The notes under the pieces are model-generated. The model saw only the letters and a program-made list of their open reading frames with translations, was not told where the DNA came from and ran no database searches. A stretch of DNA of 59,358 nucleotides, the filler included, from Asterionella formosa (taxonomy: Eukaryota), in NCBI GenBank assembly GCA_002256025.1. It is 4 parts of 4 records of this genome, joined end to end, with 100 filler letters (N's around TTAATTAATTAA, not from the genome) between each part and the next. Parts side by side here need not be neighbours in the genome. Positions count along the whole stretch, not along the records: positions 1 to 14,774 come from NKIB01005757.1; 3 more parts are not named here. The stretch is one strand, 5' to 3'. The number at the start of each line of letters is the position of its first letter. The first letter of the stretch is position 1. The position numbers were made by a program, and so were the translations under genes. Below are positions 1 to 11,764 of the stretch, one piece after another.

Positions 1-903
1 CTTCTGTTGGAACAAAACTAACAAAACGTTTATATTCTCTCAAAGTTAAGATGACAAAAATGAACCGGTAAGTTTTATTCCACAACATTGGATACCCGAA
101 ACTTACTTATTCAAGAATTTACTGACAAGTTTCTATTACAGACTTATGCATCAGTTGCATTGATTTGTGGTAAGTGAAGCAAGAGGATACGATGGAATTG
201 CGTGTTCTTGTGTCAATGTAACATGACTAGCTAACAAACCATTCCTTCTCATTGTAACTGTAACTGCATGCATCGGACAATAAAAACAATCAAACAACGG
301 AATAGTCGGCAAGTTCAGAATGACACTTACAGCAGGGAAAGAGACGCAGCATCAGTAAGGCACTGCTGCCTCGCACACGATTCAGATCAGAGGAAGAAAG
401 AGCAAAGAGGAATATACATTGAGCCGAGTAGAGAGAGAAACGTTGGGTCGCTGGCATGTAGATTAATAGATAGCATTGCTTAACTTGATGGTTAAATTAC
501 GATCCATTTCAATCTATTTTGAACAATGCTTGTGATTAGAATTATGATCATGTTTACGATAGATTTACGATGAAACAATTCACATGATAGCATAGAGTTG
601 AGCTGGTTTTAGGATACGTAGTAGTTATAATTTACATCGGGCGATCACGAGAAGTGAAAATAATATGAGAAGGTTTATGATATTGATGGGAAATGTTGTT
701 GATCAGTTTATAAACATTGTGTGATGATAATGTTCTTATTATCATTATACTTCAAGGTCGGTAACATATTAATAAATCATCATAGATACAAGATACCTTG
801 ATCATAGTTTTGATCCAAAAATTATCATATATACAAAAATCCTGTGCCACTTAGCATATGATACCCTTGATCCTATATGCATGATATTTTTTATTTACAG
901 ACG
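1..903 (+). repeat. Dispersed ~0.9-kb non-coding repeat, copy 1 (runs off the window start)
   Basis: Its reverse complement aligns by eye over long stretches with 28760-29642 and 57794-58502 (e.g. AAAAATGAACCGGTAAGTTTTATT, CCTGTGCCACTTAGC). No convincing ORF. Confidence 0.9.
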
Positions 904-986
904 TGTAATAGTAATTTATAATTTATACTGGTTAAGAGTCATAGACTGTCGCATTTCTTTGGTTTCATTTGGGTGCCTGTTTGACC

Positions 987-1520
987 TTATGCTTTGCCAT
1001 AAAACATCTTGATAAATTTGCGACGCTTAATCTCTTGATGGATATGACCACAAAATACTTTCAGAGTAAACTGTTGGTATTGTCGGCGTGACTGATAAAT
1101 TTCTTGGGGTGTATGTTGGGCATCCAGATCGGCAGTGATACCCAGCTTTAGCAATCGTTCATTTTCAGAACCTTCCCAGCGTGGAGTACCATTCTCACTG
1201 TGTGTAGGATGCGGAAAAAGTTGTCGGTCATGTGCATATGCCTTGCTATCAAAGTTTTGGCGATTGTTCTGCGTTTTCGCGTCTTTCCGAAATGCAGACA
1301 AACGGCAGGGGGGGGGGGGAAAGAGGTCAAATGGAAGCATTGCATAATCCGGGCGAGAGTCATATGCTTGCCGTGCATTCATGAGATGCCCTGACAAATG
1401 AATTGCTCCAGTAGCCAAATCACATTGCAGAAGTCGTCTCGCTTCGCTTTGACCTCTTTTTTTTGGTGGCGGAGGTCTTCGGGCAACTGGTGAACCAAAA
1501 ATGTGGTCCTCACCAACCAT
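987..1520 (-). CDS. Hypothetical protein with two tandem 'SEA/N..LL..D/G...Y.SR..Y..F' units; probably transposon-associated, possibly decaying
   Basis: 177-aa ATG ORF with internal duplication: SEARRLLQCDLATG...AYDSRPDYAMLPF versus WEGSENERLLKLGIT...IYQSRRQYQQFTL. The TE link is from recall of similar multicopy diatom ORFs and is unverified. Confidence 0.45.
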   Translation of the reverse strand: MVGEDHIFGSPVARRPPPPKKRGQSEARRLLQCDLATGAIHLSGHLMNARQAYDSRPDYAMLPFDLFPPPPCRLSAFRKDAKTQNNRQNFDSKAYAHDRQLFPHPTHSENGTPRWEGSENERLLKLGITADLDAQHTPQEIYQSRRQYQQFTLKVFCGHIHQEIKRRKFIKMFYGKA

Positions 1521-1611
1521 GTTGAATTATGGATTTGAAAAATGAGGTTCGCTCGACCCCCAATTTTCTCAATTTTGAAACACGGCTGTTTGAAAGTTAT
1601 TCCGTGTTAGT

Positions 1612-2668
1612 ATGTGCGTAGCTATTATCTCATTCTACGAGGCATCATTTCCCTTTCATTTGCTTTGCAAACCGTTTTTGAAGCTCATAATTTCGCTCAT
1701 GCGCACCAGCCCACAACCTCGTTCTTTGCACCAGCAAATAAGCTGCCAGCTCCGCCATCCAGCACCTACACCTCTGGCTCCAATCACCTCGCATGACTTT
1801 GACGACAACAACATTGCCGAGAAGCCTGCTTCAACTGTTACACCTCAAATTGTCTGCGGTTTGAAAAAGCATTTATTTAAACCACTGCTTCTTGACATAG
1901 AAGCTTCTGGTGGTTTATCTGCAAACTTTCAGCTCAAACATTTTTGTGATCAGAAGCCAACTGTCTACAGCAAACCAAATTCTAAGATACGCAGACAGGT
2001 TCAGAACAGGGTCAATCGCCTCAAAAAGATTTCTGCTACTGACTTTCAAAAATACTTAAACGTTTTTGGCATTCTTCTCTCTGCACGTCAAACCAACTTT
2101 CTTCTGAGTCCAGCAGCAGCCAACAACCAAGCACAAGCAAGATCAAGTTCTTGAAACACGCCGCTTCCCCTTTTACCTTCTTCTCCTTCTATCATGTATG
2201 CACCATGTCGCGGCCGAATGTCTACCAGTGGCACCCAACTAGATTTGCCCCCAGTTTTCCTGTTTGCCTTTTAGTCTCTTTCACGATAGCGTTATGCGCA
2301 ATGAACATTTGAAGAAAATCAAGTTGCATCATCCACGGTTGCAATTGTCACAGGATATTGTCATCAATCATCTCCACGACGAGGTAGGGCGCTCTGTCAA
2401 ACGTTTGTTGCTCCATTTTCCAGATGATGTGACACTTTCAAATGTGTTTAAAGCCGCACACCCATCGGTGCTGCTTCATGAAATGCACACTGACTCGTCA
2501 ACCAAGGCAACGGTTGGTGCTGTCAAAGGTGTGCCATGCAGCAATTGTTTCATGGTCTGGAAGGTTGCCAATCTTGACACAAATCGTCGTGCCACAATTG
2601 CAGCTGCTGGGCCTACATCTGTTGATATATTGGCTGCGCATTTTGCAAGTATATTGAGCGAATATTGA
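1612..2668 (+). pseudogene. Interrupted hypothetical ORF(s), likely TE accessory gene
   Basis: ORFs 1612-2154 (LLLDIEASGG...CDQKPTVYSKPNSKIRRQVQNRVNRLKK) and 2264-2668 have protein-like composition but are broken by a stop and a frame change. Divergent from the 987-1520 ORF. Confidence 0.35.
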
Positions 2669-4193
2669 TGCAGCGGTTGCTGTCTATTGCATACAGACGA
2701 TAAACTAACAACTGTTGCGTGAATTATGTTATATTTAGGCCTTAGTGAGATGTTGCTGGGTATCATGCACATGCCATCTAGCACCAAGAATGTATGTCAT
2801 TCTTAACAGCCATCACAATTTGCCCACGACCCTGTGGATGCAACTCCTATAGCAGCATTGCCTACCATTATGCCAGTGGCACGTGGCACCAATATGTATC
2901 ATTCTGAGCACCAACCATCACAATTGGCCCGCTCTGTGGAGACAACCGTTGCAGCACCATCACCCACCGTGAAGCCAACGCATCGCAGTGTCCTCTATGT
3001 GAAAGCCAGAGAGCCAAGTCCTAACCATTCCGCTAAACTCCCTTTTTTGTCAATCTCACCCAATACATCAGTGAATGGGGCAACTATTCTTGCTTTGCAA
3101 CTGCCTGCTGCAATGCTGCTTCCAGAAGTGAATGATCCACACCTCCCATCAACATCCACTGTCAGGGAATATGATACTATGACTTATTTTGCTCATGTCA
3201 ACCGTCGTGAAAGATGGACAGTACAGGCTGAAGCAGCACACCGTGATGAGGATATCATGTTGGATGAATAAAATGCAACAGAAAGTGATCAATTGAATAT
3301 TTGGAGAGCTAAGGATCGCTTTAGCATGTAGCACGAGCTGCAAGCAAGTTAGGCATTGCAAACTTTTGTGAGGGGTGAGCCTATGACCATATCAATGGAG
3401 AATAAGAGATAAAATAACACTTCCTACAGGATAACATTATATTATGTATAAGTGTGGCCGAAAAGTCTACTCTTTGCTTGATGTTGACCTTTGTAAACCT
3501 TGGGTACAGCAGCAAAAATGCATGTGACTGGCTGAACAACATTGAAACAATGCTTATCATCATACTCCATCGGTGCAAGGTGACACAGCATCACATAAGG
3601 TATGATGTGCGTTTTGTATTTTCAAGTGCATGGATGCATGGATGAACATCAACATCAAATGAATACCATGATCCCATGGGGCATGAATGGTGTACTGTTT
3701 TATTCCGAGGTATCATCATTTAACGTTCCCTTGACTGTTCTGTATATTCAACTTACTCAGGCAGATTAAGTCAACAATTCTCCTTTCCTTGTTCAGAAAA
3801 AACATATTAAGCAGCAGGGACACAAACAAACTTTTCCCTGCAGCGCCACCGTGTGCTTGTAGAGCACAAATGATTGAGATTGGTTTGTTTGCACAGCAAT
3901 GAAACAACAAAGGTTGTCTCATTGTCACTGTCGAACAGAAATGCGTCATGAACTGTTATGACCTGGCTGCAGGTGGTACCATCGGATGAACTAGCTAAGC
4001 ACCACCACAGCAAATGCTGGTGCGCAAAGAAGAGAAGGCCTGCTTGAGTCCTTGTTTGAAACAAGATTGTCCATATTGTAGACGACAAGCTGTAGCTCCA
4101 ATTTGCAAGTTTATTGTGTTTTTCTACAAGAGTTGTTCACTTCGATTGTCAAGAATTCCAAACAGCACGAGAAAAAATTCTTCTCGCTCGCCA

Positions 4194-4293
4194 TCATTAA
4201 ATTCATGAGAGGAATTCTTCTCGTTATTAAATTCATTACAAGATTTCTTCTCGCTATACAATTCATGAGAAGATTCCTTCTCGTTATTAAATT
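4194..4293. repeat. 30-bp minisatellite, ~3.3 copies
   Basis: Unit TCGTTATTAAATTCATGAGAAGATTYCTTC; registers at 4221, 4251 and 4281. Confidence 0.85.
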
Positions 4294-4962
4294 GGCCACA
4301 ATGGCGGGCTTGCTTGCGCACAAGCCAAAGCACATTCGGCTCGCGCAAAGGACATTTGAAGTTTTGAGTAATTGCATAAAGTGAAAATTTTCAACATGGT
4401 TCGTGAACCCTTAACCCCGATGAGAAGGAATTCCGGATGTCCCAGCAGCAAACAGACTCGTCATATTATCATTCGGTACTTTTCGTCACTGATTGTATTG
4501 CCTCCAAGAAGGCATCGGTCACATATCTTATTGTCCAACTGGCCACCAGAAAAAACCCGCTACACATCTGTAGTCAAATATGATCACCCAAAAAAATTAT
4601 TCGGGTGGCCCACGGTGACAAATTGCGCTACGATACCTGGTACCAGTGCTACATGATTTCATACATGGATATGACATCAAACATAAAATGTGATGCATCA
4701 TATTCATAAGATAAGAAATCATGATATCGTTTAAGTCGTCTGTCCGGCGTGACACAATCGTCTGTTTCCTTAGCGAAAATGAACGTACCGTAACATACTT
4801 GGAGGATTCCAGGATTTCCGCAGGTTCAGTAACGGCCGTAAAAGCATACCGGAATTAGTCAGCGAAAATTCAGTGTGACAGTTGCACAATCACAATTGCT
4901 CATCGTACAGCCCTAACAAAGGGACCGTTGCTTGTCAATAAGCGCAATTTGCATTCAACATC

Positions 4963-5958
4963 ATGTCGCAGCGACGACCAGTAGCCGCGAAAAAGGATGG
5001 GGAAGATAGTGTTCCTTACAGCAAGTCAATAGGCCCAATCGTCGCAGGCACTGGTCCTTTTCACCTTGACGAAGCAGATAGCAACAGAGAAGTGGCGCCC
5101 TTGTCCATTGACGAGCGCTACGAAGAAGAAAGAAAGAACGTAAAAACAAGACACTGGAAAGAGTCGCCATTTGCTGTCGGTTTAGTTGAGCCATCCTGGT
5201 CGGACGAAGCCAAGGCAATGGGATGTTGTTCATGCTGCTACAAGGAATTGATCGATCCAGATATGGGAGGATGCTCATTATGCTCTAGCTTTTTATGCAC
5301 TCCGCTTGGAGCTGGACGTGTTGGAAATTTGGTTGTTTGTAGACAGTCGACTGAGTGGGTGGATGAAGTCAACGAGGACGAAGAAACAGGAGAGCAAACA
5401 GCGCGACGTTACGCTAGACCCAAATTAGACTGCATCATGGGGCCCTACTGGCCAATGCTCATGTGCTGTACCTACCCTCTGATATTTGGTGTTTCGGGTT
5501 GGACCATGTTGACTGCACTTCCAGGAAAGCATCCACTTATTCAACTGTTCTGGGGAATTGCAACTGGTGGACTCGTATACGCACTGGCAATGACTGCTTT
5601 CTGTGACCCAGGTGTGCTCTACAAGCATGAGGCTCCTCCACCGCAAGACGAAAACTCATGGAGCTGGAATGAGTCGGCGCAAACCTATAAACCAAGAGGA
5701 GCAATTTACGACCCGGACTGTGCTGTTGTTGTGGAAGATTTCGATCACACGTAAGTCAATCTCGTTTTGTTACATTTCCTGGCCTACAGAGTGGAAGCAG
5801 TATCTGACCATTTCCTTATTGGATATTGTAAAAATAGGTGCCCATGGACTGGTACAGCAATTGGTCGCAAGAACATGACTGCTTTTCAAACTTTTGTCGG
5901 GCTCGTATTCTTCTGTCTAATTCTTGATATCCTGCTACTGACTGGTTCTCTTGGTTAA
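4963..5958 (+). CDS. DHHC-like palmitoyltransferase, DHTC variant; exons 4963-5750, 5838-5958
   Basis: GPYW-TM-TM-DPG-...DFDHT-CPWTGTAIGRKN-TM. The GTAAGT..TAG intron (5751-5837) joins in frame, inside the Thr codon. Confidence 0.9.
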
Positions 5959-7646
5959 TCTGATTTGTAGTTGACTCTTGACAGGCAATACCATTGGGAA
6001 GATGAACATGAGATATTTTCAAATTTTTTCTTGGCCTTTCGTTCATTGACGTGATGATGAATACGTTGCTTTTTGTCAGTGTTCACGTTACATTGCCTGT
6101 AAATTGATAATGAATTTCATTTGGAGGTCGAATATTCTATACTGAGGTATTCATTCTCCAAAAAGTAAGCACACTTGCTCATTTGATATTCTTAACTGGT
6201 TTCTTGTATGTTCCTTCCAGTTTTTTTGTTGTACTAGAAGGCAATCAATCCAGTGCCTAAGTATTGTCAAGAATAATTCCTGGTACCAGTGTAGTAGGTC
6301 AAGAAGAAAGTAATAATACTGGAAAGAATTAAAAATGTACAATAAATGGTATGAACAAACTGAATTGCACAAGTCTTATAGTTTGAAACTTATGAAAGTG
6401 AGTAAAGTAAATTGGGCAAATAGTCTTTAAACAACTATGAGCTCAGGTACCAACCAGGAATAGCAGAGACAGTCAAAAAATTCGGAATTGGTTCTGGGCA
6501 ATTTCACATTTCTTTGCATGTGTTGCAGTTGGCGCTGAGAGGTACTCAAAACAAATTGAGTTGGTGTTACTATGACGAAATTATGCTGAAATATATATAC
6601 TAATAAATTTTCGTATTTACGGTGAAATGTTCAATCAACCGATGGAGGTGATCATTCTGCCAGATGTTGAAATCTGGATGATGCATCATTTCTTCGCCAA
6701 TTTCTGGGTGATTTATACATTCCTCTATATATATGTTTGATGCAACAACAAGTGGTACTCAAATGAGAGTAAGAATCAAGGCGATGCTCCGGATGTTTCT
6801 TTGTAGTATCGTCTTTTGATATGTTTTTGGACCAGTGACGAAATATAAAATATTTGGTTGTGCCTTTCGAGGCTGTTGAGGCCACACTGTTGTTTGGCGA
6901 ATCGCCACATGACTGCTTGCTAGAAATTTTTGTGTAAAAATGGTTCATAGATTTGGTCTGCTGTTTGCAAGTTTGATGGAAGCTTGACTGTTCTTTTTTA
7001 GCATAGACAGTTTGTGTTTTCGAAATATACTCGAAAAATTTTGTCGATGGTGTATACTAAAGTATCTTTTCCTATGTTTTTGTAGATATTGCCGATTGTC
7101 TTGCTACTACCTGGACCTTATGTCCAGAACTTGTGTGCTTTTCGTTGGTGAAATACAGGCTTGATTGAGAATTTTTATGCTGGTACTATTTGACTGAGCG
7201 AGTGACTAAGCTGTTGACGGCCATATTTCTGTCTGGTTTTTCATTTCCAAATCACTTATGATTGGAGCAGACTCATTGTTTGCTGTTACAGTGCTGGTTT
7301 TGTTGTTGTTCAGTGTCTTGCCTTCATCGATATCCATGTCACCTTGATTTTTGGCGAGAAGGGATTCAAATATTCCGCCATGCTTATACTGCTGTATTTA
7401 TTCTTTTTCTTTTAATGCATAGTGAGTTCAGGATCTGTTGATGATGTTGTTGTGCGTGGCATCCTTCAATTCTTGTAGTTCCAAACATCTATATTGTTGT
7501 TCTTTTTCTTTTCGGTTTCTTCATCGCTCTCCATGTCCACTTGATTCTTTGAGCCTGTATTCGAATATTTCCGCCACAATAGGCGTTCCTTGTCCATGGT
7601 ATATCGCGCCCATTGTCCTCGTTTCATCACATCCTGCTAGATAAAC

Positions 7647-7899
7647 TAATTGACCTTGTTCCTGTCAATAAACACACTGTTTCCTCAATTGATAATCTAA
7701 AATTATAAGCTAAAATATAAGTTTCCTTTCCATGCATCTTTGCTTCCCACAAGTCGTTCTAAGACTCTCATCAAATTTCCACTGAACATTTCCATAGAAA
7801 TCTTCAATCTTTGATCTAATAGGTGGCTGATTGGCATGGCAATACATGATTCGACTCGTTGGATTACATTCGAGTCCACAATCCTCGTGATTTGAACTA
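7647..7899 (-). repeat. Relic of an unidentified repeated coding element (HEDCGL..NP.SRIM.CHANQ.P)
   Basis: ~250-bp same-orientation match to 26505-26760; weaker match to ~14655-14715. Confidence 0.75.
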
Positions 7900-8033
7900 C
7901 TTACCGGTAATAGTCTTGACACTACTGATGATAATATTTACCGGTATTTGTACTAATAAAATGAAACAAAATGTGAGGTGTGGCTCACAGTTGTTGTTCA
8001 TGTCCTGTTGTTAGCTGCAGTTCATCCACCTCC

Positions 8034-8798
8034 ATGATGATCACGACAGCATCTCTGAGCTTTCGAGTTCTGCGTCAGTGCAAGCCCCCTAATTCCTTAC
8101 CAAGGAGGGGATTTTCCACGAATGGAAGTAGCTCATCGAATCCTTCATTTGCTCAGCTAGCGACTTTTCTGTTGGCTGGGGGCTCGGCCTTTTTTGTGTT
8201 CAACGTGACGCAGCGATACATGTCAAGTGAAGATGTACCCGATGGAATGGCAGCTGTGCCTCCTCAAGCGTCCATCACATCCAAAGTTTATTTTGACGTA
8301 TCGATCGATGACCGTCCGACTGGAAGGATTGTAATGGGCATGTACGGCGACGTAGTTCCAAAGACGGTCAAGAACTTTGAGACCTTATGTGAAGGAAACA
8401 TGTCACTTGGGAGCAAAAAAATGTCTTATGCGGGCTCGAGCTTTCATCGTGTCATTCCTAGATTTATGATTCAAGGAGGTGACTTCACTAACCACAATGG
8501 CACAGGTGGTGCATCGATTTATGGAGCCACCTTCGAAGACGAAAATTTTAATTTGAAACATACTGGACCAGGAGTCTTGAGTATGGCGAATGCTGGTAGA
8601 AATACGAATGGATCGCAATTCTTCATCTGCACAAGTAAAACGCCTCATTTGGATGGCAAGCACGTAGTATTTGGAACAGTATTGGATGGCTGGGACGTTG
8701 TGAAAATGGTGGAGGAACAAGGGGGTTCAAATGGCGTGACAAGGAAACGTTGCAAGGTTACGGGAGCAGGTATTCTGCCAAAAGATACGACAAATTAA
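8034..8798 (+). CDS. Cyclophilin-type peptidyl-prolyl isomerase with N-terminal organellar (mitochondria-like) presequence and TM anchor
   Basis: VYFDV..., [50 protein letters not shown]. First ATG is at 8034; Arg/Ser-rich leader, then a hydrophobic segment. Confidence 0.95.
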   Translation: MMITTASLSFRVLRQCKPPNSLPRRGFSTNGSSSSNPSFAQLATFLLAGGSAFFVFNVTQRYMSSEDVPDGMAAVPPQASITSKVYFDVSIDDRPTGRIVMGMYGDVVPKTVKNFETLCEGNMSLGSKKMSYAGSSFHRVIPRFMIQGGDFTNHNGTGGASIYGATFEDENFNLKHTGPGVLSMANAGRNTNGSQFFICTSKTPHLDGKHVVFGTVLDGWDVVKMVEEQGGSNGVTRKRCKVTGAGILPKDTTN

Positions 8799-8971
8799 CG
8801 ATAATAAACCACGGAATAATAAATCATCGCCTATGGCGGTTTGTAGAGTATAGATTATCCCGATGTCACTCGCTTTTATCAAATCCACTTTTCTTTCAGA
8901 GATTGTCATTTCCAATATCTCAGTACCGGTAGTCATGCTCAGTTTGTGATCAACCACCTTTAGCGCTAATT

Positions 8972-9815
8972 CTAAATCGGAGCTACTAACAGGATTATGT
9001 CGACTGTGAGGCAAACAATCACAAGCGGAACAAAGCATTTAAAAGCAGGCATGTTATTCTTTCCAATTGCCGTCCCTGTCCAAGGGCTAATCACAACATT
9101 GAAGAATTGAGATACTTGGATATATTCTATGTACAGCTCCAACTCGCCCACAGTGCACTTACCATACGTGATCCAATTCGTCAATGACAACTCCACATTC
9201 CTTGTCGTATTTTGCCTTTCTTGGTCGAAATGTCAGTGCTTGATCGTTCCAAAGCCAGCCTTCTTCAACGTTCGGCGGATCTTTGTGGCGAATCAATATT
9301 CCAGGATCTCTACACGACAGGCATGACAACGATAGTATTAGGCACATCGTGATGAGTGACCAAACAGCCATCACAGCAGGATTCTGATGTTTGATAACTT
9401 TGAAGGCTGTCAACAATGACAAGCCGATAATAGCGGGATAGGTGACCAAAACTGCAACGAACCAGTAGGGACCAACAACCACGTCAATACGAGGCAGAAT
9501 CGCCGTATCTCCGTTGGCTAGTTGCATCGCGACGTCATGTTTCCACAAGACCGCCATGTTTCCCACTCGATGTGCTCCAATCATACCACATATCCAAGCA
9601 GACCAAATTGGGGTGCTTTTTGGACTTTGGAAATTATGGTTTATTGTACAACAGCTTCTCATTCCATCCCTCCATGTTGGATCGAATTTTCCAACCGCAA
9701 AGGGACTGTCCTGCCAGTGCCTTATTCTGGCTTCTTCGGCGGGATCATCCACAGGTTCTGGCTCAAACGAAGCTGCAAAGCCATTACCAGCTCCGCCGCT
9801 TTCTTCGTCCCGCAT
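8972..9815 (-). CDS. DHHC-like palmitoyltransferase paralogue, DHVC variant; exons 9815-9163, 9086-8972
   Basis: Shares RHW..SPFAVG, GA.RVGN, GPYW, DPG and DH.CPWTGTAIG with the 4963 gene. GTAAGT..TAG intron 9162-9087 splits the Cys codon TG|C. Confidence 0.9.
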
Positions 9816-10322
9816 CGTCGGGGCTGGTATTCGTGTACTCCCGTTGCGTATTGGGACGTGAGGACAATAAAAAAAGACCCCCTAGCATATGTTATGTGCA
9901 ACAACAAAATAGTACACGAAATGTCGAGAAAGTTGCTTGCCCGTCACGTCAACAAAAACATTTCTTAGAAATTGCATTTTCATAGTGAGGATACTTTTTG
10001 TCTTAAGGTCGTTCTTATCATTTTCGATTTGGTATCATTTTTTTTTGAAAAAGTATCATGTAACGGCTACTCGATTTCAACCGAAAAAATCCATTCTCCA
10101 CAAAAATAAAAATAAAATTGTATGACCAAAAAGTATCACGAAAATTCAACGGTTACGGGCTGGCTACAATCATGTGCATATACCTCCAGGCTTCCCTCCA
10201 GACTATTTCGATAATTTTCCATTACTAAAACCAAGTAGGAAATTACGCGTATTATGTACCAGTATAGAATATATAGCTGACATACCTGCTAAATTCTTGA
10301 TTTGCCATGAGTCAACACAGAC

Positions 10323-11736
10323 ATGCAAGATCATCTATACACTTCTTCTTACACTTCCGCTTGCCATCGTCCCCTTTCAGGTTTACAAGCAATCAGCACC
10401 ATGTCATCATTGTCACTGCACAATGATGAACAAGTGGATCAACATTGGACTGAAGAAGGTGCCATGAATATCAACGATGGCAATTATGATGATGATGGTA
10501 ATGATGTCATCAGTAATCAATTTTTTGATATTGAAAACAACCATCAATTCTTTGATTACGATGACCATGATCATTTCTTTATCCTTTGTCATCTGGCTCT
10601 GGAGGCTGAAACAAAAGTTAAAAAGAGGAAGGCGAAATGGGAGCATGAGAGAATGTCATGGCATTCTCATGTCAAGAAGCTGTGTCATGAGGACGCTTTT
10701 GAAAAGACTTACAAGTGCGGTACAGCTACTCCCATTTACCCAGAAATTGTGCTGGCCATCGGCATTCGATGGCTGGCTGGAGGCAGCTACATTGACATTC
10801 GTCATGCCTATGGATGTAGCATAGCTTCAATCTATAAATGCCGAGATTTATTTCTTGAAGCTGTGCTTAACTGTGATTATCTGAAAATTATATTTCCTAA
10901 AACAAGGAGTGATTTGGTGAAATTGGCTATAGCCTTTGAACAAAAGAGCACAGAAGGGTTGATCAGAGGGTGTGTTGGTGCTATTGATGGCTTTTTAGCC
11001 ACAATTAGTCGCCCCACGCCACGTGACTGTGGAAACAATCCAGGAGCTTTTTATTCTGGACATTACATGACTTATGGTATCAATGTTCAGGCTATCAGTG
11101 ATGTTGAGAGTAGATTTATATTTTTTGGGGTGATTGCTCCTGGACGATACAGTGATCAAGTTGCATTTGAGAGAACTGCTCTACCCAACAAAACTGCATT
11201 ATTTGATTCTGGTTTTTATCTTGTTGGTGATGCAGCCAGCATATACATTGTCAGATGTCATGTTAGTTCCATTTGTTGGTTCTCAGCGTGATGACCAAAC
11301 ACAAGATGCCTATAATTTCTTTCTTTCCCAGCTACGGATTAGGATAGAGATGGCATTCGGTTTGTTACAGACAAAATGGGCTGTTCTAAAAGGAAACTTA
11401 ACAACTGGCTTGGAAACAACTCCAAAAGTGCTTGAGGTATGTGCACATTTGCACAATTATGTCATAGACGAAAATAAAGTTGATAAGGATATTTCTGGGT
11501 TATCTGGAAGTGATGAGGCAGATGACATCCAGGAGATTTCAGCTGAAATCACCCCAGTCTACAATTCTCCACTTGGTTGGGGATATTTGCCAACGGTTGA
11601 GAAATTGGATGTAATGCCTGGTAGTTCTGTCATTCGAGATGTTATTCTTGAAAGAATTGCTAACATGGGTTTGCAAAGACCTCCAGGTAATATTGAAAGA
11701 AAAAGGTTGGAATTACATGAACGAAATTTAATGTAG
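10323..11736 (+). pseudogene. Harbinger (DDE_Tnp_4-type) transposase, frameshifted
   Basis: RWLAGGSY, GCVGAIDG, FYSGH, NVQAI.D, YLVGDAA, YNFFLSQLRIRIEMAFG. A 4-bp CAGC duplication at ~11234-11241 shifts the frame. Apparent internal deletion after FEKTY. Confidence 0.88.
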
Positions 11737-11764
11737 ATTATAATTGATTGTAGAAAAAAATTAT

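Noticed and set aside
268..483. 71-aa ORF within the dispersed repeat
   Set aside because: The other two copies carry indels across this stretch, so the frame does not appear conserved.
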